Origin: Candidatus Obscuribacteraceae bacterium
Lineage (GTDB): Bacteria; Cyanobacteriota; Vampirovibrionia; Obscuribacterales; Obscuribacteraceae
Assembly: GCA_044226015.1 (NCBI GenBank)
Contig: JBGAHS010000010.1
Span: 32,001-96,000, forward strand
Direction of reading: 5' to 3'
Length of the DNA stretch: 64,000 nt
Within the stretch, counting starts at the first letter, position 1. The number at the start of each line of letters is the position of its first letter. The notes below the pieces were generated by a model. The model ran no database searches. It saw only the letters and a program-made list of their open reading frames with translations, and was not told the origin of the DNA. A program made the position numbers and the translations under genes. Positions 20,301 to 28,881 of this stretch are shown piece after piece.

Positions 20301-22839
20301 GTTGAGAAGTAATAGCGGCTCAATCACCGCTAATGTCAACACTTCGAACCTGTCGGTTAACACTGGTGGCAGCGCTGCTGTATCTGTCACGAATTCGCGC
20401 CCAGGTTTACTGACCTTAAGTGCATCATCTGCCGGTGGCAACTTTACCGTGAAAAACACTGCAGCCAATAGTGGAATAAGCGTTGCAGGCAGTATCGTCT
20501 CGGCAAATCTCAGCAATGGCGTCGTGTCACTCACGGCTAGCGGAACAGGCACCGTCACCGATGCCAACGTATCTGGCACTGATTTCATACAAGGCGCCAC
20601 TGTTAAGTTGACTACGGGAACCGGATCTGCCGGCATCGGCACCGGCACACTGAAGGCTGACGCCGTCCGAGTCAAAGCCAGCAGCCTGGCACTCAGCACT
20701 CCGGGAGTTATGAACATTGATAATCTCGGTTTAAATGCCGGCACGCTTACGATAACGGCTGCAAATCCTAGCTCTACTTTCAGCTTGCGTTCCACTACTG
20801 CAGTAGCGATTACTCCTGCTCTCTCGAACGCAAAGGCTGTAATAATTGATACCAGTTCTGGTGCCGGTGCAATATCGTGGAAGAGCACCGTCGGAAACAG
20901 CAAAACTGAAAGCATAGACTTAATCACCAGCTCTGGATCTATTTCCGGTGCTGGTGTGCTGTCAGCTAACAACAGTGGAACTGGGGTTCGATTCATAACG
21001 AGTACTGGAAGTATTGGTACTAGTACGGCTGCTGTCAAAACGAACAGTCCAATCCTCAACGTGCAGACAAGCAATAGTGCCTTGATCAATCTCTCAGATT
21101 CGTTCACTGGTGGTATCAGTGTGAATTCAGCACTCAGTTCCTCTACTGGTAGCATTACCTATGTAGGATCAAGCAAGACTACTTTTACTGGTGACATAAG
21201 TGCCTTGAATGCCGTCAACATCAAGACTACTGTCGGTGGTGCCTCGTTCGGTGGAAACATAACAGGTAGTCAGGTCATTATCACAAGCGCCTCGAGCACT
21301 GATTTTGCTGCATCGAAGAACGTTAGCGCTTTGAATGGACCCATAACCGTCACACAGATCGCTGGACTCATGACGATAGGCGCTGGTGCTAAGTTCAGTT
21401 CTAGTTCATCTGGTCCGACTGCAAAAATCACGTTGCAAGAAAAGGCAAATGCAACTGGAGCTGGTATCACTATCGGTGACGGCGCTCAACTGGTCACGAA
21501 CGCTGGAGGAGTTAAAGGTGGCACTGGTGGGCAGATTATTGTTGTTGTCGGCGCTACTCTACCTGCCAAAGTCGCTGGGACGCAACCTTCTAATGTGACG
21601 GTAGATTTGTCCCAAGCCACGAACCCCGCAGTCAACAAAGTCTATTGGGGAACTAACTCCAGCAAGATATTAACTCCTGGTTCAAATGTGAACAAGCTTG
21701 CCATCATAGGTGATACCGCGATTCAATTCAGTGCGGGGTCGATTGCACCCATAACGCTTGCAGGTAATACGCAGATCACAGCAGACCCACCAGTCGCGGC
21801 TCTCGTTTCCTTGCCGATAATTGCGACCGGAGCCAGAACTTTGAGTTTGTCTCCTAGTGTTGGAAGCGTAAGCGCTGTAAATGCTGCAAGTTCTTCCGGT
21901 TCTGAATTCTCTAGTAATTCGAGCCTCAGACCATCTGTTCCACCTTTCCTGGTAGTGGATGCTAACCGCATTTCTTCTTACTCCTTAAACCAGAACATTG
22001 CGTCGATTGCGGCGTTTGGAAAAGCAATTGCTACTGCAAGCCAGGCGGATAGTTTTGACAGCTTCTCTATCTCAAGTAGGTCTGCGTTGCAATCGAACTC
22101 TTCTGAGCCAAGAGTGCTTCAGGGCGGCGTGACTGAAACCGGAAGTCCTGCTGAGACCGGAGGATTCGCTCAAACCGGAGGATTCGCTCAAACCGGAAGA
22201 TCCGCTCAAGCTGCAGGATTCGCTCAAGCTGCAAGATTCGTTCAAACTGCAGGATTCGCTCGAACTGCGTCAGTTTCTCCAGATCCGCAGGTAATTAACC
22301 AGGCTCCCAGAAAGCAAATAACGATGAACGAGGGAAGTGCTGTGTTCGCGTCTCGATGCGCCACTATAGTCTCTACCCCATTTGGAAATGTCGAGATTGA
22401 GCCAGATTCCCTCGCAATGATGTATGTTTCGAGTTCCTGTCTCAGTGTTTTCAATCTAGACGATTCGCATCGCGATTCAATTGTCGTCCGAGTTGCTGGT
22501 GGCGCGATAAAGCTGGAGCCAGGGCAGCACTTAAGCATCTCCAACAATGGTGCCAAATCGTTCGATGTGGTCAACCCAGTGGAATCGATTGGCTATCGTA
22601 AGGTAAGTGATGCCGAGCTGGCTGGCGGACTGAGAGTGTTCCGCGCGGAGTTTTCCGTTCCTTCAGCCATAAGCGCCATACAACCTTTGAAGCAACTCTT
22701 GAACACAAAATCCGCACAGGGGCTGAAATTGCGCAATCACTTGCTCAAAACATATGCGGCATTGAATCAAATGAAGCCTGGGCGTGAACGCTTCCAGCAA
22801 TATATGAACCCAAGAATGGCGGCTTTTGCTCAGCCATAG
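11338..22839 (+). CDS. Giant (3833 aa) secreted beta-helix repeat adhesin, filamentous-haemagglutinin-like
   Basis: Signal-peptide-like N-terminus; over 3000 aa of G/S/T/N/V/I-rich repeats (for example GVTLTGDINS...GGI...GPVSI); globular C-terminal domain. Confidence 0.85.
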   Translation: MNMLNEGTLHRATPVWATVLAIATGQLFSLGAEAQGVRPGTMQPTQNNAAASSGSSALKDFNLAATVPIVHATKSGTIQIGGTVSNGVISGGVPLNIIAGQALTPAMNAALWQTATHGTQNLQLNSSGAAMAGSATLNSSWAANLTSLVVPKGVTVNAINFTASSPLNVANAADISGSVYALQSHPGMTAALNFNSDLHLGAGGLLSTNLPANSNLAGLYSSQNLTLSVGGNLVNQGRIDVAGTLSATVSGTISNVSAGSSLASLVAQNINLTSGTGTIINSGLISALNSLNIDSPDPAVDLNISNAGGVLQAIGTRNPLTGLLEGGALNIRADGAAVEAANVRVLDGQLRANDGINVFGKNINMFTDMIDGRVNIKGSAAHLGVANGELILGDQILSGDPTYSNANGNIVIDGTFTTSSANPDLAIIAGGNITDTNSGLPFGLNSTNGGSLLLAAGVSGISANLVNDTTTTILFVTTPNTTTGGGSIIFSGMLKNGINTSSAGNGGNVTLLALQGTNPTAGRIDLQSGGINVSGSGSNNNGNVTIIANAAAGSSAIQNIGPINAFGTGSGSVVISASAPAFGPVVVKNGAITAGTITASSLSGGSISVGGDINSTGSVKVQSNGPISVQNIGLSNSPSTVQILSFGDTVSAKSINSTGAISVGTIASKGVTLTGNLTSLTGDISVVSGSGGIDASSSSVTTAGSVIVSSDSGDVSIGTINNSTSTSFAPVNVVSSTGKTTVGAINSAGGAVLIGNAFTASTGVVLNGDIVNTKAGTGGVVTVGTATGGIAGAGRSITTDGAVTILAVSTSSSGDVAIGDIFNAPGKSATVQIDASSGKVTVGNVVSASSVRLGNIKTGRGVVLNGDILAGDSGFGVTIYTSTGGIAGKGHSVTATGPVEIIASDTNSSGAINIGALNNISGSGDVLVASSSGSQTVGAINSNGQVTVGATSSTGVTLTGDINSSSLQGVSVTTGTGGIDGSGASINSSGGVSVLALSTTTSGAVSVANVSALNGDIFLNSASGTVKAAALYASGNITIGGNSTAGITLTGNIQSLGNSGVQILTGSGGISGANANINAKGNVSLFALNSTASGPVSFGSIVSQGAAGVSLTSQTDTMTVGSITAKGQVSIGSSSSAGLTLNGNIQSGGINGVQIVTGTGGISAGNASIQASGPVSVQALDKTISGNLAIGKIVSSGGAFDVSISSASGSVSSGGVNSSGNVSIGNSGTAGVILTGTIISGGSLGVSITTATGGVSASGQDINAAGSISLFALDKSSSGSISVGNLNNIQSGSGNVQVFAASGSIQTAGVLSAGSVTIGSTGSKGINILGDIVSGSATGVSITTGSGGINASGRTITAAGPVQVVATEKNTSGSVSVGKIDASAAVSAAAVLINAQGGSVGSGGVVTAGDVSIGSNNSSSVSLIGDVNSQGTNGVTILADSGAISTAGVKINADAGVFIGINKGTVNVGGITAGGDVNIGNSFSGTGVTLSGDITSGGAAGVSIGTATGGISGPSANINATGPVSIISTDFNNSGNLSLGSISSGASVQLSASSGTIKSGSIFAAGDISIGNTGGAKGITVNGSITSQGLNGVVINTFTGGIVVGADISSAGQVVVAALSNTNSGAVTVGAITNNAAVQIDSSSGTVTSGSITSSGDVSLGNLKGAKGVFINGDIYSTGSNGIQISTSSGGVDGSNANISATASVSVLASANLNSGAIKIGSISASGTNSSIQIDSSSGTVSAGSLNAVGNVSVGNITNGKGITLNGDISAGLSGVNVFTGSGGIAGSKSNIVATGPVSILASDSFNSGSVAIGSVSTTGAKSDVQIVSQSDSVTAGAIDADGNLSVRSISGKGVTLLGNVSSNGLAGVIITTGTGGIAAANSSINGTGPVVVSTADSINSGAINVGPIISNGTVTLDSKSGTISSAGIQSGGAVTIGNSISGKAVNITGVVTNVLGTGDISISTGNGAISSSADIIAAGALNVTAIGSVSISGMAASQKSDITIIGQSGFGLNAVSLGDLSATGAITVTANGGGNLAINATTVQSGKSATFSATSVGAVNFNGGSMNSVDSLTFNAGAVNIGAFSAVSASNGPITFNSDRVSIGLLATVTAPQINFNGQTLDGTVAANSNMSLSNSGTVQSTNGDITIASAAGQDLKLTGNGTGKFVAPTSTLINNTATVSGTRPTPAMILGPGNQEFVVGDGLSPGGSVAFNAGSITINPGVNYLFSNDFSSVQLNTSKLSGNPAQFVIHPNGGNPNSKITVVSTGGGTIANSAGPVNLGSFDLNFSGPLTIISSSDIVSAGPLTIRLSGTGADINLIAGFDFLPATSGQEGPDSKTRLVSGISTGGSISLGLVNIQADSFGAGNIFAVAGNGTVSGTGAISLGSLSSGGTQGSGGNVRLLGTTISVGAIDTRGPGGAGSVIVQAANTIFGGGIITAGQLSGSFVGTGVGGAVNVSDIQAGTNSVSLTGQTVSSSGTISAGALTVQAFSTVNLPSTQIGKFTVSTAGAVTINNNGNLILNSVSSRGLTLQNAGNVTLAGALTNTGLTPVSLILSSGTFSNNGNVLSNVSGDVNITADDINLTGSISIAGQKVVLQPYTSTLPIVIGTKTGPALAISNSAISSLVGQITIGSKNSTGGISVNSPLTQSNTIILNLVQGAVNGTAFAQNAAINLTGAGSILSVKADSGTLNVGAVSNTTGFVSFTTDGVGSSIVLTGGFPAAHGITLDAKTGTLSGLPQSPALITPLRDASGNGGTLFLSASNLASQNLNVDVSGTGTGDGGLFSYNNYSTSTFNLSSADLQVNASGVNAGTIGISSSGNLTINTSGMFNSGATGSGVNKGRGATFNFLAGSSAAGNLQIIGSLNANGVGTDGQGGSITLRSNSPTAFNIGSTAASNTNGIKGTLTVFGSGASDGSISVYNKGGGIISSTQALTAVRTLIFDTSGASAGTITIGKALGSSSTDSITLTAGGTGTILPGANLITGSTVSLRSNSGSITANVNTSNLSVNTGGSAAVSVTNSRPGLLTLSASSAGGNFTVKNTAANSGISVAGSIVSANLSNGVVSLTASGTGTVTDANVSGTDFIQGATVKLTTGTGSAGIGTGTLKADAVRVKASSLALSTPGVMNIDNLGLNAGTLTITAANPSSTFSLRSTTAVAITPALSNAKAVIIDTSSGAGAISWKSTVGNSKTESIDLITSSGSISGAGVLSANNSGTGVRFITSTGSIGTSTAAVKTNSPILNVQTSNSALINLSDSFTGGISVNSALSSSTGSITYVGSSKTTFTGDISALNAVNIKTTVGGASFGGNITGSQVIITSASSTDFAASKNVSALNGPITVTQIAGLMTIGAGAKFSSSSSGPTAKITLQEKANATGAGITIGDGAQLVTNAGGVKGGTGGQIIVVVGATLPAKVAGTQPSNVTVDLSQATNPAVNKVYWGTNSSKILTPGSNVNKLAIIGDTAIQFSAGSIAPITLAGNTQITADPPVAALVSLPIIATGARTLSLSPSVGSVSAVNAASSSGSEFSSNSSLRPSVPPFLVVDANRISSYSLNQNIASIAAFGKAIATASQADSFDSFSISSRSALQSNSSEPRVLQGGVTETGSPAETGGFAQTGGFAQTGRSAQAAGFAQAARFVQTAGFARTASVSPDPQVINQAPRKQITMNEGSAVFASRCATIVSTPFGNVEIEPDSLAMMYVSSSCLSVFNLDDSHRDSIVVRVAGGAIKLEPGQHLSISNNGAKSFDVVNPVESIGYRKVSDAELAGGLRVFRAEFSVPSAISAIQPLKQLLNTKSAQGLKLRNHLLKTYAALNQMKPGRERFQQYMNPRMAAFAQP

Positions 22840-22920
22840 TGGCTGTGTACAGGCTAGAACTCAGAAGCCACTCCATGTTTGGTCGAATTTTCCCCTCGTT
22901 AGGTCAATTTTGCCCATCCT

Positions 22921-23272
22921 GGATCGAAGCTGCCGAATCGTGGGTCGAAGCAGCCCTCACGCGGATCGAAGCAGCCGAATCGTGGGTCGAAGCAGCCCTC
23001 ACGCGGATTGAAGCAGCCCTCACGCGGATCGAAGCAGCCCTCACGCGGATCGAAGCAGTCCCCCTCGTAGGTCGAAGCTGCCACATTGTGGGTCGAAGCT
23101 GCCCCATCGCGGATCGAAGCTGCCCCCTCTTAGGTCGAAGCTGCCACATTGTGGGTCGAAGCTCTCACATTGCGGATCGAAGCTGCCACATCGCGGATCG
23201 AAGCTGCCCCATCGCGGATCGAAGTTGCCACATCGTGGATCGAAGCTGCCTCATCGTGGGTCGAAGTTGCCT
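22921..23272. repeat. Intergenic tandem repeat, 21-bp unit (GG(A/G)TCGAAGCTGCCACATCGC-like), about 16-17 copies
   Basis: Direct reading. Confidence 0.9.
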
Positions 23273-23691
23273 GTAATAAAAGTTGGTAACTTGCTGAAAC
23301 TGTGGCGGTTTGCAGGCGATTCGGTTAGCATCTATATGTAGCGCATCCAACGCATTGATTTCGGATATGTCCGACTGGTGCGATGGAGCGTGGAATGAGA
23401 ATCGTTGGTTTGCTGACAATTCAGACGTGTCAATAGGCAATGATGCCTTCCTGGTATCCAAATCTGGAAAATTTGTACCCAGAAATGTTCTTCAACTCTA
23501 ACTTGGATGCGTCCGGAAAAGGTTGTTAGATAAGGGTTTGGAGTCAAGTCATGGGAAGACTACGCTAAGTTTAGGCTCGTTTAATTAGCCTTAAGCTCGT
23601 AAGGGTGGCAAACTTATTCTCATAAATGTCAATATGACTTTCTCGAAGCGTGTGAAGCTTTGAAGATATCGTCAAAAATCCCGCGAGGTAT

Positions 23692-24567
23692 GTGATGGCT
23701 GACCGCAGAAACGATGCAAAAACTCCACTTACAGGAATTAGTGGAAGAGAATCTGTGTTCGACAAGAGATTGAGAGAGTTCCGCAATACAGGCTCTTTCC
23801 AAAAGCCGCAGCCAAAGTCTCTAATCTTTAATAAGAAGCAAGCGGCAGATTTCGAAACGCCGTCAATGGATTCAAAATTGCGTCCTAAAACTAGCGAGAA
23901 TGAAGAAATCACGGAAATCGAAAGACTCGCATTTTACGACGAAGCAAGTGGGCTCCTGAATACTCGCACAACCTTGGGCAAACTCGCTCAAGAAATTCGT
24001 CGCTCAGGACGTTACAAACATAGTTTCTGTCTTTTCATTGTTGAACTCGATGGTTACGCCAATGAAGATGGACTGACACCGCTAGCTAAAGAAATGCTAT
24101 TCGCTGATTTTTGCAAGGTAATGCGAAAGAGTATTCGAGAAGTAGATATCATCGGTAGATTCGATGATCCTTCTGTTTTAGTTATCTGTCCCGAAACCAC
24201 TCTTGGTGATGCGGTGATCGAAGCCGAACGCCTCAAGAGCACCATTTCAAGCACTCATTTCAAGCGCGTCAGCAGCCATGCAGCAATGACCGTTTCGATA
24301 GGAATTTCATGCTACCCAGAACACGGAACAACTCCGGTAGAAATTCTCGGCTCTGCCCTTGAAGCAGCTCAACAGGCTGTTTCTTACGGTGGAAATGCAA
24401 TTGCGGCTGCCAAAGCTGAAGTTGCTGCGGCTGAGGAAGTCAAGCCACTGGTCGATTTCAGCCCAGAACTGGATGCCACTCCACCTCAAGTCGATATGTC
24501 TCCAAGCAAGGCTGCGGCAAACGAGATGGCGTTTGTGACACCGGAAGTATCAACCGTCATCAAGTAG
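23692..24567 (+). CDS. Degenerate GGDEF-domain protein, probable c-di-GMP receptor
   Basis: LAFYDEASGLLN, SIREVDIIGRFDDPSVLVICPET, TVSIGISCYP; RxxD I-site kept, GGDEF motif replaced. Confidence 0.85.
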   Translation: MMADRRNDAKTPLTGISGRESVFDKRLREFRNTGSFQKPQPKSLIFNKKQAADFETPSMDSKLRPKTSENEEITEIERLAFYDEASGLLNTRTTLGKLAQEIRRSGRYKHSFCLFIVELDGYANEDGLTPLAKEMLFADFCKVMRKSIREVDIIGRFDDPSVLVICPETTLGDAVIEAERLKSTISSTHFKRVSSHAAMTVSIGISCYPEHGTTPVEILGSALEAAQQAVSYGGNAIAAAKAEVAAAEEVKPLVDFSPELDATPPQVDMSPSKAAANEMAFVTPEVSTVIK

Positions 24568-24593
24568 ATCGGAAAATCTGACTAAACCTTTCG

Positions 24594-24619
24594 GGGCAGC
24601 TTCGGCTGCCCTTTCTTTT
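24594..24619 (+). terminator. Rho-independent terminator
   Basis: GGGCAGC-TTCG-GCTGCCC followed by TTTCTTTT. Confidence 0.85.
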
Positions 24620-24820
24620 GTTCCGGGAAGCATTTGCTTCTTATGGGCTTCTTTTCTTACGGGAAGTCGAGAAAGCATTTGCTTCTTATGGGATTCTTTT
24701 GTTCCGGGAGTCGGGAAGCATTTGCTTCTTAGGGGCTTCTTTTGTTCCGGGAAGTCGAGAAGCATTTGCTTCTTAGGGGCTTCTTTTGTTCCGGGAAGTC
24801 GAGAAAGCATTTGCTTCTTA
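24614..24820. repeat. Tandem repeat, about 45-bp unit, about 5 copies
   Basis: TTCTTTTGTTCCGGGAAGTCGAGAAGCATTTGCTTCTTAGGGGC-like unit repeated. Confidence 0.85.
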
Positions 24821-25039
24821 TCATTCCGGTGAGTCCGCGGCGGGCTTGGTCAGTTTTATGTAGCGCTTCCTACAATTTTGGTGCTTAGCGAGCTTTCTTG
24901 TGGACTTGCCTCCGGGGATGGGGATTGCTCGGTCTTTCGCAGGTTCCCTTGAAATTCGCTCTCATTCATTCTGTGCAGCAAAAGCACTTTTTCTTGAGCT
25001 CTGTTAGACTTTAATGCTGCAGTTCGTTTGGGAGGATCC

Positions 25040-26032
25040 ATGGCGAGGATTGTTAGATTCGAAAAGACTGGTGGCGCTGACGTTTTGAAAATCATGGAAG
25101 AGGAGCCGGCGGCTCTTGCAGAAAATGAAGTGCGCATAAAGGTCGAAGCCGTTGGACTAAACAGAGCCGAAGTCTTGTTTCGACAGGGGTTGTATCTGGA
25201 AAAACCTTCTTTGCCGTCGCGAATTGGTTATGAAGCTGCTGGAACAGTAGAAGCTGTTGGTTCAAAAGTCGAAGGCTGTAAGGTTGGCGACAAAGTAAGC
25301 ACTATTCCTGCGTTCAAGATGAGTAAATACGGCGTGTATGGCGATTCATGCGTGGTGCCTGAGTACGCTGTTGCGCATTATCCGGAGAATTTGAGTGTTG
25401 CTGAAGCTTGCTCGATTTGGATGCAGTATCTCACCGCATACGGTGCCCTGTGCGAGTTGGCAAAGATGAGTTCTACTGATTACGTTGTAATCACGGCAGC
25501 TAGCAGCAGCGTTGGTTATGCAGCAATTGAACTTTGCAGAGCGTTCGGAGCCACAGCAATTGCCACTACCAGAGGACCTGAAAAGAAACAATTATTGTTG
25601 GATGCAGGCGCCCATCACGTGATTGTCACGAATGAAGAAGACCTTGTTGGCAAAGTGATGGACATCACAAATGGAAAAGGAGCTTCGATTTTGTTTGACG
25701 CTGTTGCTGGACCAATGCTGACCCAGTTGGCAAAGGCAGCTGCGTACGGTGCGACGATATTCGAGTATGGAGCATTGAGTCTCGATGTCACACCATTCCC
25801 ATTGATGCTCAGTCTTGATAAATATCTGACTGTCAAAGGCTATACGCTATTTCAGATGAATCAGAATCCCGAATATCAACGACGCGCTGTCCGATACATT
25901 CATGAAGCACTCAAAAGCGGTCAGCTCAAACCGAAGGTTGATAAGGTGTTTGATTCGATTGAACAAATCGCTGAGTCGCACAGATATATGGAATCGAATC
26001 AGCAAAACGGAAAGATTGTTGTGAAGATTTGA
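25040..26032 (+). CDS. Zeta-crystallin / NADPH:quinone reductase-like MDR-family oxidoreductase
   Basis: GLNRAE, GYEAAG, ITAASSSVG, MESNQQNGKIVV motifs; GGAGG RBS before ATG 25040. Confidence 0.9.
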   Translation: MARIVRFEKTGGADVLKIMEEEPAALAENEVRIKVEAVGLNRAEVLFRQGLYLEKPSLPSRIGYEAAGTVEAVGSKVEGCKVGDKVSTIPAFKMSKYGVYGDSCVVPEYAVAHYPENLSVAEACSIWMQYLTAYGALCELAKMSSTDYVVITAASSSVGYAAIELCRAFGATAIATTRGPEKKQLLLDAGAHHVIVTNEEDLVGKVMDITNGKGASILFDAVAGPMLTQLAKAAAYGATIFEYGALSLDVTPFPLMLSLDKYLTVKGYTLFQMNQNPEYQRRAVRYIHEALKSGQLKPKVDKVFDSIEQIAESHRYMESNQQNGKIVVKI

Positions 26033-26068
26033 AGTTCTGCGATAGCGCTTGGAGAAAAACGCGAAGTA

Positions 26069-28534
26069 CTATTGATTCAATTCTTCTGCAGTAACTGAAT
26101 CCGCAGCTGGCTCAATGAGTTCTGTCTCGCCGTCATTCTTTTTTGGAGCCCGACCCGGTCGTTTTCGCTCTGTGGAAGACTCGTTGCCAATCGGATGATC
26201 GGAGCAATTGATGAAAATCTCGCCATTACGCAACTCTATTCGAGCATAACCTCCGTTCTCAAGTTTGCCAAACAGCAACTCTTCCGACAATGGTTCTTTG
26301 ACAGATTTTTGAATCAATCTGGACATCGGGCGAGCCCCGTAAAGGCGATCATAACCCTTTTCAGCTAGGAAGACCTTAGCTTCATCTGTGATGGCAAATT
26401 TGACGTTTTTCTCCACCAATTGCAGGTCCAATTCTTTCAGGAATTTCTCCACAACATGTTTGATATTTTCGATGCTAAGTTGATTGAAAGGTATAAGTGC
26501 ATCGAGGCGATTTCTAAATTCTGGAGAAAAAGTGCTTTCGATGGCACTCTTCGATTTTCCTGCGCCGAAGGCTGAAATTGCACCAGATTTGGTGAGCATC
26601 GCTTTGCCAGCTGCCAGATCCTTCTCAGCATCTTTGCTGGTAAAGGAAGCCTTGAATCCGATGTCTTCAGACACAAGGTCGCGTGCGCCGGCGTTCGTGG
26701 TCATGCACAAAATGACATTGCGGAAGTCAGCTCTTTTGCCATTGTTGTCCGTAAGTGTTGCGTTATCCATAACCTGCAACAATATACTAAAAAGGTCTGG
26801 ATGGGCTTTTTCAATTTCGTCCAGCACAAGCACCGCGTGCGGTGACTTTATGATTGCATCAGTGAGCAGTCCACCCTGGTCAAATCCGACATAACCGGGA
26901 GGTGCGCCGATAAGTCGCGAAACCGTATGTTTCTCCATGTATTCGCTCATGTCGAAACGCAGAAATTGGATACCCAGAATTCTTGCCATTTGTTTCGCCA
27001 GCTCGGTTTTACCGACACCTGTTGGACCTGAAAACAAGAACGAACCTATTGGCTTAGTTGCGTTCCCTAAACCGGCTCGTTGCAATTTTATTGCTCGAGT
27101 TACTTGCTCAATTGCGTGGTCCTGCCCAAAAATTACCGATTTTAATTCTGACTCAAGTTGGTGCAATCTCTCTTTATCGCTTGCAGAAACTGTCTCAGTT
27201 GGAATTTTTGCGGTTCCAGCGATTACTTGTTCAATATCTGTTACGTCAACAATTTTTTCGGGGCGCTCTTCCTCAGAAAGGAGTTTTACCAGCGCGCCAG
27301 CCTCATCAATTGTATCGATGGCCTTATCAGGCAAAAATCTATCGTAAATGTATTTTGAAGACAAGACCGCAGCCGCGTTTAAGGCTTCATCTGTGTATTT
27401 AACTTTGTGGTGCTCTTCATAATACTTCTGAAGACCCTTGAGAATTTTCAACGTATCTTCAACACTTGGCTCTGATACCTCAATCTTTTGAAAGCGTCTA
27501 GCTAGCGCTTTGTCTCTTTCGAAAGAGGCTTTATATTCAGCATAAGTTGTCGAACCGATACAGCGCAATTCGCCTGTTTGCAGAGCTGGTTTGAGGATGT
27601 TTGATGCATCCATTGTTCCGCCTTCGACAGCTCCGGCTCTTACGATTGTGTGAATTTCGTCAATGAAAAGAATTACCCCAGGTTTCTTCTGCAAAGCCTT
27701 GATCACTGACTTAAGTCTCTGTTCGAATTGCCCTCTAAAACGCGTTCCTGCGATGAGAGCTCCCATGTCTAACGAATAAACTTCGACATTCTTTAACTGT
27801 GCAGGGACTTCTCCATTGTGAATTCGAAGCGCAAGACCTTCTGCAATCGCAGTCTTACCGACGCCTGGTTCACCGACGTAGACAGGGTTGTTTTTTCTTC
27901 TTCTGCACAATACCTGGATCGTTCGTTTTATTTCTGAGTCGCGACCTATGAGTGGATCAATCTTTGTATCTTTTGCTCTTGCAATCAGGTCGACCGTAAA
28001 CATTTCCAGTGGATCTTTCGAGTCACTATCTCTTCCCTCGTGACCATCCATATCAGCATCGCCTTCTGGTGGAACAGGCTTACCAATGTCCGAGAAATCA
28101 TCAATCTTTGAAATTCCGTGAGAAATAAAGTTGAGTACGTCAAGCCTGGTGATGCCTTGTTTGTCGAGCAGAAAAACAGCATATGAATTTCTTTCTTCGT
28201 ACATTGCTGCGAGAATATTGCCACCGTCTATGGTGGTTTGTCCGGAAGAAATGGCTTGAGTTCCAGCCCGTTGTAAGACTCTTTCGAATCCGCTACTAGA
28301 TTCTGGATCCGCAATTATTCCTGGAGGCAGTTGTTCCAGGTTATTCTCCATAAAATTCTCAAGTTCTTTTCTGAGTGTAGAAGCGTTTCCGCCGCATTGT
28401 TTGATTACATTGCTGCCAGTCTTTTCGTCCAGCAAGGCATAAAGCAAATGTTCGAGTGTCAAGTATTCATGACGCCTCTTTTGCGCTTCTTTGTATGCAG
28501 CCTCTAAGGTCTTTTGCAGTTCAGCACTCAACAT
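26069..28534 (-). CDS. clpA: ATP-dependent Clp protease ATP-binding subunit ClpA
   Basis: Clp N-domain HEYLTLEHLL; Walker A motifs GEPGVGKT and GPTGVGKT; no ClpB/C middle coiled coil; downstream of clpS. Confidence 0.92.
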   Translation of the reverse strand: MLSAELQKTLEAAYKEAQKRRHEYLTLEHLLYALLDEKTGSNVIKQCGGNASTLRKELENFMENNLEQLPPGIIADPESSSGFERVLQRAGTQAISSGQTTIDGGNILAAMYEERNSYAVFLLDKQGITRLDVLNFISHGISKIDDFSDIGKPVPPEGDADMDGHEGRDSDSKDPLEMFTVDLIARAKDTKIDPLIGRDSEIKRTIQVLCRRRKNNPVYVGEPGVGKTAIAEGLALRIHNGEVPAQLKNVEVYSLDMGALIAGTRFRGQFEQRLKSVIKALQKKPGVILFIDEIHTIVRAGAVEGGTMDASNILKPALQTGELRCIGSTTYAEYKASFERDKALARRFQKIEVSEPSVEDTLKILKGLQKYYEEHHKVKYTDEALNAAAVLSSKYIYDRFLPDKAIDTIDEAGALVKLLSEEERPEKIVDVTDIEQVIAGTAKIPTETVSASDKERLHQLESELKSVIFGQDHAIEQVTRAIKLQRAGLGNATKPIGSFLFSGPTGVGKTELAKQMARILGIQFLRFDMSEYMEKHTVSRLIGAPPGYVGFDQGGLLTDAIIKSPHAVLVLDEIEKAHPDLFSILLQVMDNATLTDNNGKRADFRNVILCMTTNAGARDLVSEDIGFKASFTSKDAEKDLAAGKAMLTKSGAISAFGAGKSKSAIESTFSPEFRNRLDALIPFNQLSIENIKHVVEKFLKELDLQLVEKNVKFAITDEAKVFLAEKGYDRLYGARPMSRLIQKSVKEPLSEELLFGKLENGGYARIELRNGEIFINCSDHPIGNESSTERKRPGRAPKKNDGETELIEPAADSVTAEELNQ

Positions 28535-28554
28535 TGCTTTTGCTCTCTCTTTGT

Positions 28555-28881
28555 TTACTCTTTTTCCATCGAACACAGGAGTGGGTATTCATTTTGTCTA
28601 GCCATCGCCGTAACTTTATTTATCTTCGACTCAGCGATTTCGTAGGTGAAGACTCCAGCCACCCCGACTCCCCTGTTATGTACTTCTAGCATGATTCGTC
28701 TTGCAGTTGGCTCGTCTTTGTAAAACACGCTCATCAAAATGAAGACAACAAAGTCCATGCTTGTGTAATCGTCGTTATGAAGCAGAACTTTGTATAACGG
28801 TGGTTTCTCAGTCTTTTTCTGAGTTTCCGTTGCTACACCAGTCGCAGAGCCCTCGGAAGGGTCGTCTTCCCAATCAGACAT
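28555..28881 (-). CDS. clpS: Clp protease adaptor ClpS
   Basis: PPLYKVLLHNDDYTSMDFVV...MLEVHNRG...YPLLCSME. Confidence 0.95.
   Translation of the reverse strand: MSDWEDDPSEGSATGVATETQKKTEKPPLYKVLLHNDDYTSMDFVVFILMSVFYKDEPTARRIMLEVHNRGVGVAGVFTYEIAESKINKVTAMARQNEYPLLCSMEKE

Noticed and set aside
12042..22574. Many minus-strand ORFs up to 448 aa inside the adhesin
   Set aside because: Antisense shadows caused by the biased codon use of the adhesin.
22839..23276. 145-aa ORF after the adhesin (also 30523-30999, 55424-55705, 53430-53714)
   Set aside because: Consists of tandem-repeat translation.
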